This document shows positions 1-14,200 of a stretch of 58,396 nt of DNA, one piece after another. The notes beneath the pieces are model-generated. The model did no database searches, had not been told where the DNA came from, and was given only the letters and a program-made list of their open reading frames with translations. The stretch comes from Enoplolaimus lenunculus. Its lineage: Eukaryota. Location: contig JASANG010001128.1 in NCBI GenBank assembly GCA_030248215.1, forward strand, positions 372,001-430,396, given 5' to 3'. Position numbers and translations under genes: made by a program. Positions within the stretch are counted from its first letter, which is position 1. Each line of letters starts with the position of its first letter.

Positions 1-311
1 TTGAGTATTTTTGTTGTAATGGATGTCTCGATCTGTATTGCGCAGCTTGCGGAAACCCAATTTTGGGTGTCGACCGGCATGCAAATGAGATAGATACATT
101 CAGGGGGTAGCCAGGACTGAAATCAGTACTAGATCAGTTGAACTTTCAATTTGCGGCGCATACTTTCGACCTTGTTTTTGCATACTGCTGCTTACATAGT
201 TTTACGGAGTGTTTGGAGTTTATTGTTTCGGTTATAGAAGACAGAACTAGTCGGAATCTTAACCCTTTCTCACATGAATATTTTCTATTTCCCCTGAGAC
301 ATACTTTTATG

Positions 312-368
312 CTAGGATTCGAACTCCAGTGACTGGAGTGGGAGGCGTATACCATCACCACTCAGCTA
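312..368 (-). mobile_element. tRNA-derived SINE-like head
   Basis: Minus strand reads TAGCTGAGTGG (box A-like) ... GTTCGAATCC (box B). No complete cloverleaf. Confidence 0.45.
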
Positions 369-1396
369 TAGGAGCTTGACGCTCGAGTCCGAGGGGGTTC
401 TCACGTCTTGTGGTGATTTAGTACTATGTGTACGTGTTGCAATTGTTAAGCACTGTGCGATATATATTATTTAACGTATATACACTGCGCTGAGTTGCCT
501 ATAGGCAACTCAATGTGAGAAGAGGTTAAGGTTGCCACGGTGGCTGAAATGTGAAGGAAAGCACTAGTTGTATTTGAGGCTGCTAATTGCTTCGCAAATT
601 TGCACAGTATTTTATATACTGCATCCTGTGCAATAACTGGGGAAATCTTTAGAAATCAGGAGGTTTGGGGAAAGTTTAGTGATTCTAACGGGGTTAGTCT
701 CACTGTTTTTGCTGAAGCCATTTAAACGGGGTGTTTGGCAAGAAATTGGTGTAATTCTAACTGGGTTAGGGTTACACGGTTTTCCGGGGGCTTGCAGAAA
801 TGTTGGTAATTTGTGAGTCTGTGCCTAGATTAAGCAGAAATTAGGCACGTCTCACAGGATTTAGGATGAAGCTACAACAACTAGGACATTTAACCTGCGT
901 CGTAATTGTGTTATATTAATAACTGGTGTCATATCGGTATTGGGGTGGGCAGAAAACATTTATACGGCCGCGTCACAGAATAGAAGCGATAAGCGTATTG
1001 GGATAGAACTAAACTAAGTGATGATTTGGGGCCTTAAAACTAGTAAATCATCAACTTCTCACACATATACGCGAATGTCTTTAATCACATATATATTTAT
1101 ATATACATGTTTTTATAGCCTGTACATAGGGTCGCAAAAGATATGAAGTACCAGATACAACTTGTTTTCTACTATTTTTATTTTTGCCTATTTTATGTAA
1201 GCAAAAGATAGAACGGCTTAATCCGCTACATGAAAAAATAGAACGTTTGCTGTTGCAATATTTTAAAATGCTATTTGCGAACACTTTGGATAGTCAACAA
1301 ATATTAACAAAATTTTACACAAAAAATTCAAATCCATATACATACATCTTTATTCATTACAAAATTCACACCGCTTCTCATAAATCCGCAAACATT

Positions 1397-4300
1397 TCAA
1401 ACAGATCTTGTTCTTTGCCGTGTTCGTATCCCAATATCTCCATCCAACACAACCCATCCTGGACTGCTGTTAAATGGCGACCCCTGAAGTAATCTTTGAG
1501 ACCCGAAAGGCATTTCCCAGTCGTCAAAGCTGCCCAACGAATTCAAACTGTCACAATTGCAAATTCCATTCAAAGGCCCAGGCTTTTCATCCAGTTGACA
1601 AGGTCCAATACGCTCTTGTTCATCTTCAATTCGAAGGGTAACCCCACTGCCATAATGCGAAAACAGCACACCACATTCACTGCTTGCGTAGTCAGCCAAA
1701 GAATAATTTGACGTAGATACGCTGAAACAAACTGCAAAACTACAATATAACGAGTGTATAACGAGCGAACTCGGACAACCATCACTCGGAAAATGAAATC
1801 TAACTGACTTCAAAGGCCAGTTTTGCACACTACTTCGTTGCCATAACTTGGTATACAATAAAAGTCGTTAGAATTTTAAATTTTACAAAACTGCGTCATG
1901 TTTTTTACATTATGCATTGCTTTCACAAATTTTAGATTAATGCGATCATGTTTTGCTATGTGGGCATACTGATACTTTCTAAGCTTACTTATTTGTTTAA
2001 GTGCATAAAATGTGAAAGCGTTACGCAAAACAAACCCCATAGTCATTAGTGGGCAACCGGACGTGAAAAATACTAGAGCCAAAGATCAACAAAATTTGGT
2101 GGTAGCGCGAGGTCGACAAAACGAATTCTTAGGTATATACTAAATCAAAAATTTACAGTGTCGTAAAAATTATTTTTTGAACATGACATTTCAGAAATTC
2201 GCCTAAATTCGAAAACAATAAAATTGTTCCAGAGTGGCCAAGAAATACAGTCAACGACGACCCAACATTGATAAAATACAAAAATTTCACTACAAAAAAT
2301 GCTCAAATCTCATGCAAAAATAAATCACCATACCTGGAATGCATAGTAGTTCCACCCGTGACCCTATGTGAGCCTGTACCGCTCCCTTCAATACCCATTT
2401 CAACAGAATCCATCTCCTGCCCACCGCTGTCTGCCGCCCACGCCGCGTCCCACATTTCGCGGAACCGTATTGTATTAACATCCCCAGCTTCAATCATTTC
2501 CGCAATCTTTTTTCCGAGCCTTGAAATCGCTTCAAAACTCGGTAAATTTCGCACAACCAACGGCGATCCGCCTAACGGCACATTTCGATAAACCCAATCA
2601 GAAATCTTTCCACCAGCAACAGGTGCAAAGCCGCTTTCAAGCGGTGGAAGCCACCGGGAGGTTGTGGTACTTTCTGACAGTCCGATTTCGGCCATCCCGC
2701 CACTGACCCTAGCGGCCCTTCCACGTGACGCGATTGAAGCTGCGAATGCGCTGCGTTCTGCAAATGCAGTTGCAACTTGTTGCGTGACGCGCAGTGAAAC
2801 ATAACCAGTTGCGCCATCCATTGCAACACAACCAATAGTATCGACATATGACCCTGTTATCATAAACATGAGCTTGTATTTTCTCTCAAATACGATGAAA
2901 GCTATATTTTCTAATTTGGGCTGTTATTTTTCCAAAATATGCTTAGGATTACGTTTAGGTTTGAGAAAAGGTTTACTTATACGTAAGGGAACCTTTACCT
3001 AGCCTCAGCCTGAGCCTTAACCTCAAATGTGAGGCCAGTGTAACCCTAATCTGTGCAAACATTGTCGGAAACACGTTCAAATACAAAAATATAATTTCTG
3101 TGTATATTGAAGAGCATTGAAATTAAATTTGAAATCATGACGTCATAAACCGCATACTTGCTACCGGACCAGGATGCAACTGAAATTCTTAATCAGTAGT
3201 GAAATCCAGTAATTTTCACTACCTGGTTCCGGTAGACTATATGATATTATCTTTTTCTGGTTTCGGTTTCATTTTCGGCATTGTGTAATTCCAGTTGCAT
3301 CCTGTATGTGAGATCAAAATACAAAGCATATACTACAATAACAACGCCACACTCGAAATTAAGCTTCGAACAGAACACCAACATTACTCGAAAAGCGTTC
3401 ATTTTCACAGAAATAGACGTCTGAAATGCCAAAACATGTACTCTGACAGGTAATTTATCTAATCTTTAAAATCAATTCATTCGCAACTGCGCTCACCTGC
3501 ATCTTTTGGATTGCGAGCAATTTTTGTTCCAAAATAAATGATTCCATTCGGACAATACGCACGCCGAACGGCTGATTCGATTCCTGTTGTAATGCCGTCC
3601 ATAGCGGCGCCTGCAGCAATTCCTGCCGCAACAGCGCCAGGCGGTCCAGACAGAAGTCCGCCGGCAACACCGGCGCCAACAACAGCCGTTGTCCTGGACG
3701 CGAGTTTCATCGCTTGATCGCCGCCTTCACTATCTCGACATGCGTAGTGGATACCTGGAGATAAATCAAGAAAGTAGACGGATAGTCAAAAATACCTGTT
3801 TAGCATCATGCCAATAATAATTAGCTAATTGTGTTTGGTGTTTGCGATTTGTATACGCAAAAGTTTTATAAGCATGCGAAAAAGTTCCGAACATGTACAA
3901 TCCAGCAGGTTATTCAAAAACCTATTGAAGCGTTTTAATCGTTTCTGCAGAAATTTCGGGAGCGCGTATATCCCCAAACGCCTTAAGGTTGCGCTTTACT
4001 TTTGTTGACGTCCGGCGCCGTCCGTCACCCGTCCGGCACCGTCCGTTACTCGAACATGGCCGTCCGTCACTGTCCATCGCTCGTTACCGTGCGTCAACCG
4101 TGCGGCGTTGTCGGTCCCCGTCCGGCGCCGTCCGTCACTATACAGTATCATACGTGTGTAATTTGCGTACGGTAACGCACGGTGACGGACGGCGCCGTAC
4201 GGGTCACGGAAGGGGCCGTACGGGTGATGGACGGCGCCGGACGTTGCCGTACGACGAGTATAGCGTCACCCATAAAAAATTACGCTAAAATATATCGGCT

Positions 4301-5673
4301 CTCGTACAAATTTCACCACGTTTATGTACCAGTTGGATTCAGGCAAGAGTGCCCCGGGTTTTCCAAATTTTTTGCCCAAGCACATCCCATTTAGGTTACA
4401 CTATAATTAATCAGAGTTGCATCCCAGTAAGGCATTCCGGTTATTCCAGGTATTTTTGCAGAAAAATTCGGGATCCAGGCGCCGGGTTTTGGCTTTGAGA
4501 AGTTCCGGGTCCGGGTTTTGGCGTTGAGAAATTCCGGGTCCGGGTTTTGGCGTTGAGAAATTCCGGGTCCGGGCTTTATAAGAAAACATTCCAGGTCCTA
4601 GTAGATATTGCAAAAAAAATCCGAACAAAATTCCCGCACTAAAATGATTTATTACAATTACCCAAATAATCGCTTTCCAAAATATATTTTGTACCGGAAT
4701 TATACAAAATTGCGTTGATTTTCGCTCGCTTCTCTCGAGAGGTTGCTTTCAACTAGTGATTATGTGGCTTACGGTTCAAATAAGCCTACATATTATCTGC
4801 TATTTTATATAATAGCTGTTTGGCCCAGATTAGTCTACCATCGAACTTTAGAACACTCAGATTTGATTGTGTGGACAGACGCAATACCGTAAACTACTTT
4901 GCGTTGGTTTTACATCATTGTTGTATTACTGCATCTCAAAGCCAAGCGTGTAATTGGACTGATTAGCAGATTGGTCTACATTTTATACATACAAATGTAT
5001 GATAGTGCTGCCAGTAACGCTCCCTAACACGCCATTGATTTCGCGTTTGCGCAAAGGTACAATAATGCGATAACGAACCTATAATAGTTTGATGTCACCT
5101 TTACGGGCCCACAAGAATGGATCTAGATGATCTGGTCACGGAAGCTACACAAAATTAAAAATTGGATTCGCGCGTACGCCGAAATTCAGTCTGCCTTCTC
5201 GCTTGCGAGTTCTTCCTTCATTATTTCTCTCTGAGGATTGCACAAGTTATTGAATAACTCGCTGGTACAATACACATCCGAATGAATAACTCGCTGGTAC
5301 ACCGTAAAGATTTTGAGAGAGTGGCAATCCTAATCTTAAACTTCCCAATCGTGCCCTTGCCTACCACCAACTGACACCAAATGATATCACTCAACCAAAA
5401 ATCCATCCTCCGAACTTTAATCCACTTACTCCCTTTGACGTGTCCCACCACTGGGATACTATCAACAAAGCTGCTCAACTCCTGAACGAATTCCAACTGA
5501 GTTGCAAGCGCCGCTTTATTATCGCCACAACTTGCTTCAACTGCCGACCGAATCTGCGATACAATAGGACATCGGCGTGAAAAATTCTCTTGAGTCACTC
5601 GAGCGCCTTCACAGTCACGACAGACGAACTGAATGAATGATTTCAACTGAGACGCAACCGGAATTGAATCCAT
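1397..5673 (-). CDS. Spliced host gene, uncharacterised protein with duplicated N-terminal PxxSQ motif and a glycine-zipper hydrophobic segment. Exons 5673-5430, 3754-3497, 2853-2334; last exon ~1800/1722-1397 uncertain.
   Basis: GT-AG boundaries with compatible phases join MDSIPVASQLKS...VGHVKG|SIHYACRD...TTAVVGAGVAGGLLSGPPGAVAAGIAAGAAMDG...PKDA|GSYVDTIG...MHS. The terminal exon frame is ambiguous. Confidence 0.7.
3983..4275. mobile_element. GC-rich palindromic MITE in intron 1 (PIF/Harbinger-like)
   Basis: ACGTCCGGCGCCGTCCGTCACCCGT near the left end is mirrored by ACGGGTGATGGACGGCGCCGGACGT near the right end. TTA/TAA at the ends. Confidence 0.6.
4412..4600. repeat. Dispersed CCGGGTCCGGG repeat family with ~30-bp internal tandems; relatives at ~13955-14065, ~14590-14741 and ~45266-45350
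   Basis: Shared AGAGTTGCATCC terminus and CCGGGTCCGGGTTTTGGCGTTGAGAAATT units. Confidence 0.6.
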
Positions 5674-6714
5674 GTTCAGAACTCCAACCGTTGAGATAAA
5701 CCAACAGCGGTAAGTTTAAAGCAAATTGACTATACCAACAGATTGCTGTGTTATAAAGCAACGCATTGCTAAAACTTTTGTTCGTTTCTATTATATATAG
5801 AAAATTATCCACTGGAATACAAAATAAAAACTCTCAATACTTAGTTAAATTAAATGCCTTATTCGCAACTAAACGCACGACCTGTCGTAAATAAGTGGCC
5901 GGTTTTAGAAAATACGTGATCAAGCTATCAAAATATAAATTTACAGAAAAGTAGTAGAGAATGCATAAAACTAATACGCTACAGCTTAAACTGATGGCTT
6001 GCAAATTGAAGTAACCTTTCTTCAAGGGGTCGCTTACGGAAAACAATCATATCGCAAGTTGGCGCCCCTACACATCAGGGTACAAAAGGATAACCGAGTC
6101 CGGCAAAAAATCTACGTCCGGCTCCGGTATTGTACATTGCCAGGAAAAGTTTACCATGACCCTATATTGTACTATTGTGACAAGATCCACAGTAAATTCG
6201 CTGTAAATTTTGTACAAATAAATACTAAATCAGTGTGATTAAGGTTAATTTTCTACTGAAATATGTAATTTAATGTCCAGAACATTGAAGTATCCGGATC
6301 CGGTATTTGCAAGCTTGACATTCGTGTTCGATGGGGCTCTCGCGTCTTGTGTAGATTCAATACCTACAGCGAACAAACGTGCAATAATTATTAAACATAT
6401 AACACTGTGACTGTTTCGGGTATTCAGTTTACGCTTAGTTGCTCATAGTATTACGCTGTTGCGCATTAGTTCAGTTGTTCAATTTCTAAGCATAGTTATA
6501 TCTTAAAACTTGAAAATGTTTGCTAGTAAACCCCCATGACAGGTTCAAACTAGGATTAATAGGCTACATTTGCATAACTTGATTTTAAAAACTGCCTATT
6601 TGTTTGCGAATATCTGCTTAATGATTAAGTTGTTTTGTTATAGAAACGTTGTCTGGATACGACTTCGAATGTACAACTTTTTTAATAAAACACATAGCTC
6701 TCATAGCCGTTGCC

Positions 6715-9350
6715 GGCCAATGTATAGCACAGGGGCTTCCAGTTTTCCACGGTGGAAAACTTATAACCAGGAGTGCAGCGCAGCCACTCCTGTTTGACGG
6801 CTAAATTTTCCGCTGATTTCGTAGGAAAATTTAATGCCTAGATTTTACCCTGGGTTGGATGGGAAATCAGAAGCATAGGTTTTGGTTGGAAAACGGGAAA
6901 AGTGGAAAATTCTAATGCCTAGATTTTCCCCTGGGTTGGTAGGGAAAATCTGAAACATAGGTTTTGGTTGGGAAACGGAAAAAGTGTAAAATTCTAATGC
7001 CTAGATTTTTCCCCTGGGTTGGTAGGGAAATCTGAAGCATGGGTTTTGGCTGGAAAATGGGAAAAGTGGAAAATTCGAATGCCTAGATTTTCCCCTGGGT
7101 TGGTAGGGAAAATCTGAAGCATAGGTTTTGGTTGGAAAACGGGAAAAGTGTAAAATTCTAATGCCTAGATTTTTCCCCTGGGTTGGTAGGGAAAGTCAGA
7201 AGCGTAGGTTTTGGAAGCAAAGGTTTTGGTTGAAAAGCGGGAAAAGTGGAAAATGCAAGCGTAGGGCATAGGTTTTGGTTGGAAAACGGGAAAAGTGGAA
7301 AATTTTAATGCCTAGATTTTTGCCCTGGGTTGGTAGGGAAATCTGAAGCATAGGTTTTGGTTGGAAAACGGGAAAATTCTAATGCCTAGATTTTTATTCT
7401 GGGTTGGTGGCAAAATCTGAAGCACAGATTTTGGTTGGAAAACGGGAAAAGTGGAAAATTCCAATGCCTAGATTTTTATCCTGGGTTGGTAGGGAAAACC
7501 TGAAGCAAAGGTTTCGGTTGGAAAACGGGAAAAGTGGAAAATACTAATGCCTAGATTTTTTCGCTGGGTTGGTAGGGAAAACCTGAAGCAAAGGTTTCGG
7601 TTGGGAAACGGGAAAAGTGGAAAATTCAAGCGTAAGGCATAGGTTTTGGTTGGAAAACGGGAAAAGTGGAAAATTTTAATGCTTAGATTTACCCTGGCTT
7701 GGTAGGGAAAATCTGAAGCATAGGTTTTGGTTGGAAAGTGGGAAAAGTGGAAAATTTAAAGACCTAGATTTACCTTAGGTTGGTAGGGAAAATTGGAGTA
7801 TAGGTTTTGGTTGGAAAACGGGAAAAGTGGAAAATTTCAATGCCTAGATTTACCCAGGGTTGGTGGGGAATATCTGAAGCATAGGTTTTGGTTGGGAAAC
7901 GGGAAAAGTTCAAATTTTAATGCCTAGACTACTTGCCCTGGCTTGGTAAAGAAAATCTGAAGCATACGTTTTGGTTGAAAATGGGAAAAGTGGAAAATTT
8001 AAAGGCCTAGATTCACCTTAAGTTGGTAGGGAAAATATGAAGCATAGGTTTTGGTTGAAAAATGGGAAAAGTGGAAAATTAAAACGCCTAGATTTACCCT
8101 GGGTTGGAAGTCAGCGACGACCAAATTTGATATATTTATGTTTCCTCGGCTTTCCGGCCATTAGCCAACAACGTCTTTAAAACAAATTAAAACTTTTTTA
8201 CAACCTTAAGGCGTCACTCAAAGCGTCGACTTTGTTAACAGACTTATGTTCTGATAATACTGGGCCACTCGGTGGTATCTTGTTTTGACCAATCTTGTGC
8301 TGAGACTATCATAATCTGATATATTTAATAGTCATGTATTATTTCGGGTAAATGCTCTGCTCATTTAGGTTTAACTGTGTAAAGTAGATTTTGTTCATTG
8401 CACTTTTCCGCTCCGCGATTTCTTGTTTTGACCAGTGTCAAAATATATCGCCTGTTAGTTTGTAGGATGTAACCGGAGGTGAAAAATGCCAGATCCGGAG
8501 CCGGAAGTGAACAAAAGTAGCCGGAACCGGAGCTGATGCCGCAGGTGAGGTGAAATCAGGTCGTTGAAATGACATTTAACTTGTTAATTTTAGCAAATAT
8601 CTGCTATATGTTGTTAAATCATTCCATTGGAATTTTCTACTTTTCCCATTTTCCAAACAAAACCTATGCTTTAGATTTTCCTTTCCAACCAAGGGGAGAT
8701 CTAGACGTAGAAATTTTCCACTTTTCCCGTTTTAAAAACAAAACCAATGCTTCAGAATTTTCCTACTAACCCAGGGTAAATTTAGGCGTTTAAATTTTCC
8801 AATTTTCCCGTTTTCCAACCAAAACCTATGCTGCAGATTTTCCCTACCAACCAAGGGAAAATCTAGGCTTTTAAATTTTCCACTTTTCCCGTTTTCCAAC
8901 CAAAATCTATGCTTCAAATTTTCCCTACCAACCCAGGAATAATGTAAGCTTTTAAAATTTCCCCTTTTCCCGTTTTCCAAACAAACTTTTACACTACAGA
9001 TTTTCCCTACCAACCAATGGAAAATCAAGGCGTTCAAATTTTCCACTTTTCCCGTTTTCCAACCAAAACCTATGATTCAAATTTTCCCTATCAACCCAGG
9101 AATAATGTAAACTTTTAAATTTTCCACTTTTCCCGTTTTCCAAACAAACTTTACACTACAGATTTTCCCTACCGAACCAGGGAATATACAGGCTTATGAA
9201 TTTTCCACTTTTCCACAGCAAAACCTATGCCCGCGATTTTGCTACCAACCAGTGAAAAATCAGGTCGTCATACAGGAGTGGCTGCGATGCACTCCTGGTC
9301 GTAAGTTTTCCACCCTGGAAAAGTGGAAGCCCCTGATCTATACAGGGGCC
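6715..9350. mobile_element. Non-autonomous foldback-type DNA transposon: modular long inverted arms of ~76-78-bp tandem repeats, ~500-bp spacer, 8-bp TSD
   Basis: The left end GGCCAATGTATAGCACAGGGGCTTCCAGTTTTCCA is inverted at the right end (TGGAAAAGTGGAAGCCCCTGATCTATACAGGGGCC). The flanks are identical, CCGTTGCC (6707-6714 and 9351-9358). The arrays at 6830-8110 and 8625-9250 are in opposite orientation. Confidence 0.9.
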
Positions 9351-11041
9351 CCGTTGCCAAACACCCTAAATCAAACTGAATTCGCAACTAACTTTCGTTC
9401 AGTGTGTCTGGGACATCACGGAAGGCGGAAGTTAAAAGATTTAAACCCCAACCTTGCCTCCAAATAATAATTCTTTTCAAACACTACTTTATTCGATGAT
9501 AGTTCTATCGAGACTCATGAAAAGTAATTTTTATTTTTGGTTTTTCAAATAGATACCCTTTATTTTACTAATAACGGATTTCCGTAGTCTGTTGATTTAT
9601 AAATATACAATCATTTCTATTAGTGTATATTTGACATATTCCGCCAGACGCCCCACAGTTTTAACTGATAGGTACGGGAAAACTAGCCATACCTTACCCA
9701 TCAGCGCCATTGAACCAGTTCAGCGCCGCCACCCGTAAAAATTTATCTGTACCCAATTATCTATAATCAGGGTGTAAACGGCGCGGAAAAGGATAGTGAT
9801 TCAAATAACACATACAGCAAACTGATTCCGATCAATAACAGTCTGTATTCCTAATTAGTTATTTGAGTCCGTTAGTGGACAGAGTCCAAAAATCCTAAAG
9901 TCCAGAAATGAGAGTAAAGCAGAATAGCCTATATTGCTCAAATATGTGACATACCAACGAACAGAAATGCTTTGGAGCAAGTCAGTTCTGCTCAAAAGAA
10001 TGAATAGTTTTGTGTTGGGTCAAATTAACATGTAGCGAATTAAAAATAAATAACAGTCCGTAACCAAATAACAGAGGGGGTACTTAACTGAAAGGCAAAA
10101 ATTCCAGCTCCCCTCAATATTCGTTCACTATAGTGGAAATGTTTACAATATACTAAAATATGCAAATACTCACCCGGCTAAGCGAAGTTTTGTTGATAAA
10201 ATAGCGAAACAACCCAAAATTCTTAAGATTACAGACCGATCTCATTTTTCATCTCAAACTGAACAATTGAAGCGTATCTCGATAGAAAAATTGAGTTAAT
10301 TTTAAACTAATTATAAAGCATAAAAACGAAGTGCCAGTATTTTTTAAACAAAACGAACTGAATGTAGTGTACACTACTACGCGCACAAGTTTACAGTGGT
10401 AAAAGGTATTTGCCTGAGTCTAAACTCCATTTGCCTGTAATATGGATCTGCTCTAACATTTATTTGCGCAAACATCGCATTCAAAAACGTTTAAAAAATA
10501 ATTTTATTCCAGTAAAAAGTCTCAGTATTAAAATAATACACATATAACAAACAACGGCTGGGAACTGGGTATATGAAAGTTTCTTAAGTTACTAAACAGA
10601 TACAAATCGCTTACATCATCGCCTTTTTGATAAAACACAATTATGTATCTTAGAAGACTACGTTTACTGGTCATTTTACACCAGTTAATAAAAAAACAAT
10701 TTTCACAATAGTTAGATTCAGCAGAGCAGCGACTTAACAAAAAATATTCAATCGTACCGCAGTGATTTAGAAACCCAGCTACTGATACTTGATTGCAATA
10801 GCCAGGATTCAGCCGTTCTGATGTTGCCAATACTTACTAGAAAATCAAAATCTAACAATTTATATTACTGTTAGCTACACTTGAGCCTCACCAACAATTA
10901 TTTCCTTTTCACAAAATCACATTAATTTCATTTTCTGTCAAAAATTACTTTCACTTTTCGTACAGCAACACTGATACAATTTTAAGCCACAGCTATGCCA
11001 TTTCGCTTTAAATTCCACTATCCAATAAACTTCGAAATATC

Positions 11042-11214
11042 GGCCAATGTATAAAACAGGGCCGTAACAGTATAATAAGCATTTTCCAAAGCTTAAGCCT
11101 AAGCTTAATCTTAAGCCTACACCTAAGCATAAGCAAAAAAGTTAGTTCAAAGCTTAAGCTTAACCTATGGCCATCCCGCGCAAAAAAGATCCGCCCCTAA
11201 TCTATACACGGGAC
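11042..11214. mobile_element. MITE with GGCCAATGTATA terminus and internal TAAGCC repeats; relatives at 38773-38982, ~42009-42165, ~40865-41040 and ~38300-38363
   Basis: TIRs GGCCAATGTATA.../...CTATACACGGGAC. Perfect 8-bp TSD GAAATATC (11034-11041, 11215-11222). Confidence 0.85.
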
Positions 11215-14200
11215 GAAATATCCAACTTCTCCGCATGCTGCTGTTTTTGCTCGCTCAAAGCACGCGATTCATGCACAATTACAGCAAGTTTGACACCCTG
11301 TAATAAACAGCCATGTTCAACATTATTTACATGAAGCTAGCATTTCATTAACCCAGGCCACACCACCCTCGAAGAACCAAATCAGCTTAAACGATTGTCT
11401 TAAGTCTACGACTATGTGACTTTGTTCGGGACTTTGCCCTACGTCTCGGTGCTTTTTATGCTCGCTACCGCTTACCTGATTATAAGCTGCTTGTACAAAT
11501 CCACGATTAGCAGTCAGCGTTATTGCATTATATGTTTCACCGGACCCAAATATCACCTGAAATTATCAAATGCAACATTTTGAGATTTACCACAGCAGTG
11601 GCACATATCATCAGCTCGTAAATGTTTTAAAAACATACGTGATGTAATTTCCATAACATATAGGATTTCAAATAGCAGTTGAAATCTCCGCCATAAACAT
11701 AGTCATAATTATAGAAATTTTAACACACTATTTTGAAATTTAGAAAAAAAACAAAAATCGCTCTAAGAACAAATTAATTCAATTCACAGTCTTAAGCTGA
11801 TTTACCTCACCACCTACTGAAACTGTCAAAAAGAATGTATAAATTTTGACCCACGCTTCCAACTAACAGCCCACAACCTTTACACGTTAAAATAAAACGT
11901 CAAAAACAATAACCTCACCCGAGATCTTTCTTTTATCTTTCCACCAATCCTTAACCTAGAACACTGTTCCGACATTGCATCTGGTACAGTTTCCACCGAA
12001 TTAAGTAGCTCAACAGCGCGGCGTTTTTCGTTAGATCCTCCAACAGTTGCAAGAATGCCGTTAAAGCTATCGTAGGCAGTCTGACAGCATATCAAACGCC
12101 TACCTGAAACAAATTAATTTGAATTTTAAAAATAATTGACTTCAACCATAGTTCCGCTACTATATTATAATAAGTTTCTTGTATTTACTTTTTTGCACCC
12201 TTCTGTAATGTTTTACTTATTTACAATCACTCCGCGTTGTGTGAAATATTTTACAAAAATCCTTCAAGATATTATGCAATGTTGTGTCTAGAACGACGGA
12301 TCTGGCACTGAGTCTTTTCTGTTTGCATGCACTACAATATTTCATCGTACACTCAAATTATTAAGAAAAATTCAGTATCCTCACGATCCCACTCTTCCAA
12401 AAAATACCGTTATTTACCTGAACTGATACGTTTCAAAAACTTTAAAACCGGTCGTGCACGTTCCCATTGTGCCTGCTGATCCAGTATAGGTTCCTTGAAT
12501 GAAAAATACGGCCCTTCTATAGGATACACCGGTTTGTCTGATTGCAAAACTTTAGGCATTGAATAATTAGTCAATGATGAAACAAACGCAAACAGAGCCG
12601 TAATGTCTAGATTAATAGGACGAAATGCGGGATCTGTTGGGCGAAAGGTGGAGTCGTCTGAAAATAAACACCTCAACAAAATATTTAGAAAGCAAACCTC
12701 TTGAAATAACATTGCCACTCTTGGATACTTCAGAACCTGTGAATGAATCTAATATCTGTCCAAACGCCATCAATGCAGTGTCCCTTGAGTATGTAATTGT
12801 AGCTTAAGCAGCGGCATAATATAGAGGTCTTCATGAAATCTTTTTGTGTGTATCCCTACTCTATGAAACCTAAACCCACGGTGCACGTAACACTGGTCCG
12901 CTGGTCAAACCGCAACGTTACGTGGCCGTGCAAACTTTTCGATACAATGGTTCTATATATATACCGTAGGTTTGGTACTTAACAGCATCTGTTTCAGAGT
13001 CACTCTCGTTCTCGTTGTCACCACAGCTAGACGCAGAATCAGCTGGAAATCCGTCAAATGTTGAGCGCTGTTGCTTAATTTCAATTCTAGGTCCACAAAC
13101 CTAAACAACACAATTTAGCTTAATCAACGTGGTCACGTTCCTTTTTAATTACCAACAGAATTTATCAAAAGTTGGTGTGTCACAAGTATTTTAAAACTAT
13201 AGCGCGAATAAAGAGTATTCTTTTCAAAATTTCATAATTATTAGTTGGACTAGACATTAATGACAACTGAAAACGTTTGAAATTTTTTAAGTTGTTTCAA
13301 AATATTACAGTTACCTTTAGCTAGTAATGTGGAGCTACAACCATCTGACATGCGATAATGAGTTCAAAATCTATAGTAAACATTCTAACTCTCATGTCAA
13401 ATCATACTAACCAGCAGCTGTTGTTAAATCAACGGAGTATGACGACTAGATTGTGGGTGTAATTAGGCAAGTAGCCAAAAGAAGCTTAACAACCCAAGCG
13501 AATTCCTCAGGAAGGTTTGGCACCACGTGCCAGTCACGTAAATTCAAGGTATGCCCTTCTAAAATTGCTTTGCTCCCTACAATATTGAGCTGGCTAAAGG
13601 CCTGACTGTAATCAAACCTCAATGCCCATTTTTTCCAACGCCGTCACAACCGGAACCGGTACTCCAAAACTACTGAAATCAAACACAATGCGAGGGTTGC
13701 AATTTTGTCGAGCAGCGGACAAAAATACTTCTGCATGATCCATAATGCTGCGTTCACCGCATTCACCCATACCTAAAAACAAAAACATCGTATTAAGTTT
13801 TGATTTCACATTGCGCTTGGTTTATTTGAGGTATGAAACATTCAAACTAGAAAAAACCAAAGTTGTTACGTAATTCAGTAAACTACAACAACTTGGAAAT
13901 TCAATTGATTGCTCGTATTTGTTACAGTTGCAAAAACAATTACCTCTGGAAGAAAACCCGGACCCGAACCCGGGGCTTTTAAGAATGCAAACCCGGACCC
14001 GGAAATTCTAGCAATGCAAACACGGACCCAGATATATTTTCCAGCAAACCCGGGTCCGGAATTTTTATAACTCAAAAGCTGAACATGATCCTAATTTTTT
14101 AATTTTAAAGATATGAAAGAATTTCTGTTTCCAACTATATTCTAGCAGCTCAGTATCTAAAATATTAATGGGTAGTATGCAATGTGAAGCGACTTATGTC

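Noticed and set aside
3989..4628. Arg/Pro-rich ORFs
   Set aside because: They lie within a palindromic MITE and CCGGG repeats in an intron.
6830..8110. Regular ~77-bp repeats as a CRISPR array
   Set aside because: Units are contiguous and degenerate with no unique spacers, there are no cas genes, and the context is eukaryotic. They are transposon-arm satellite.
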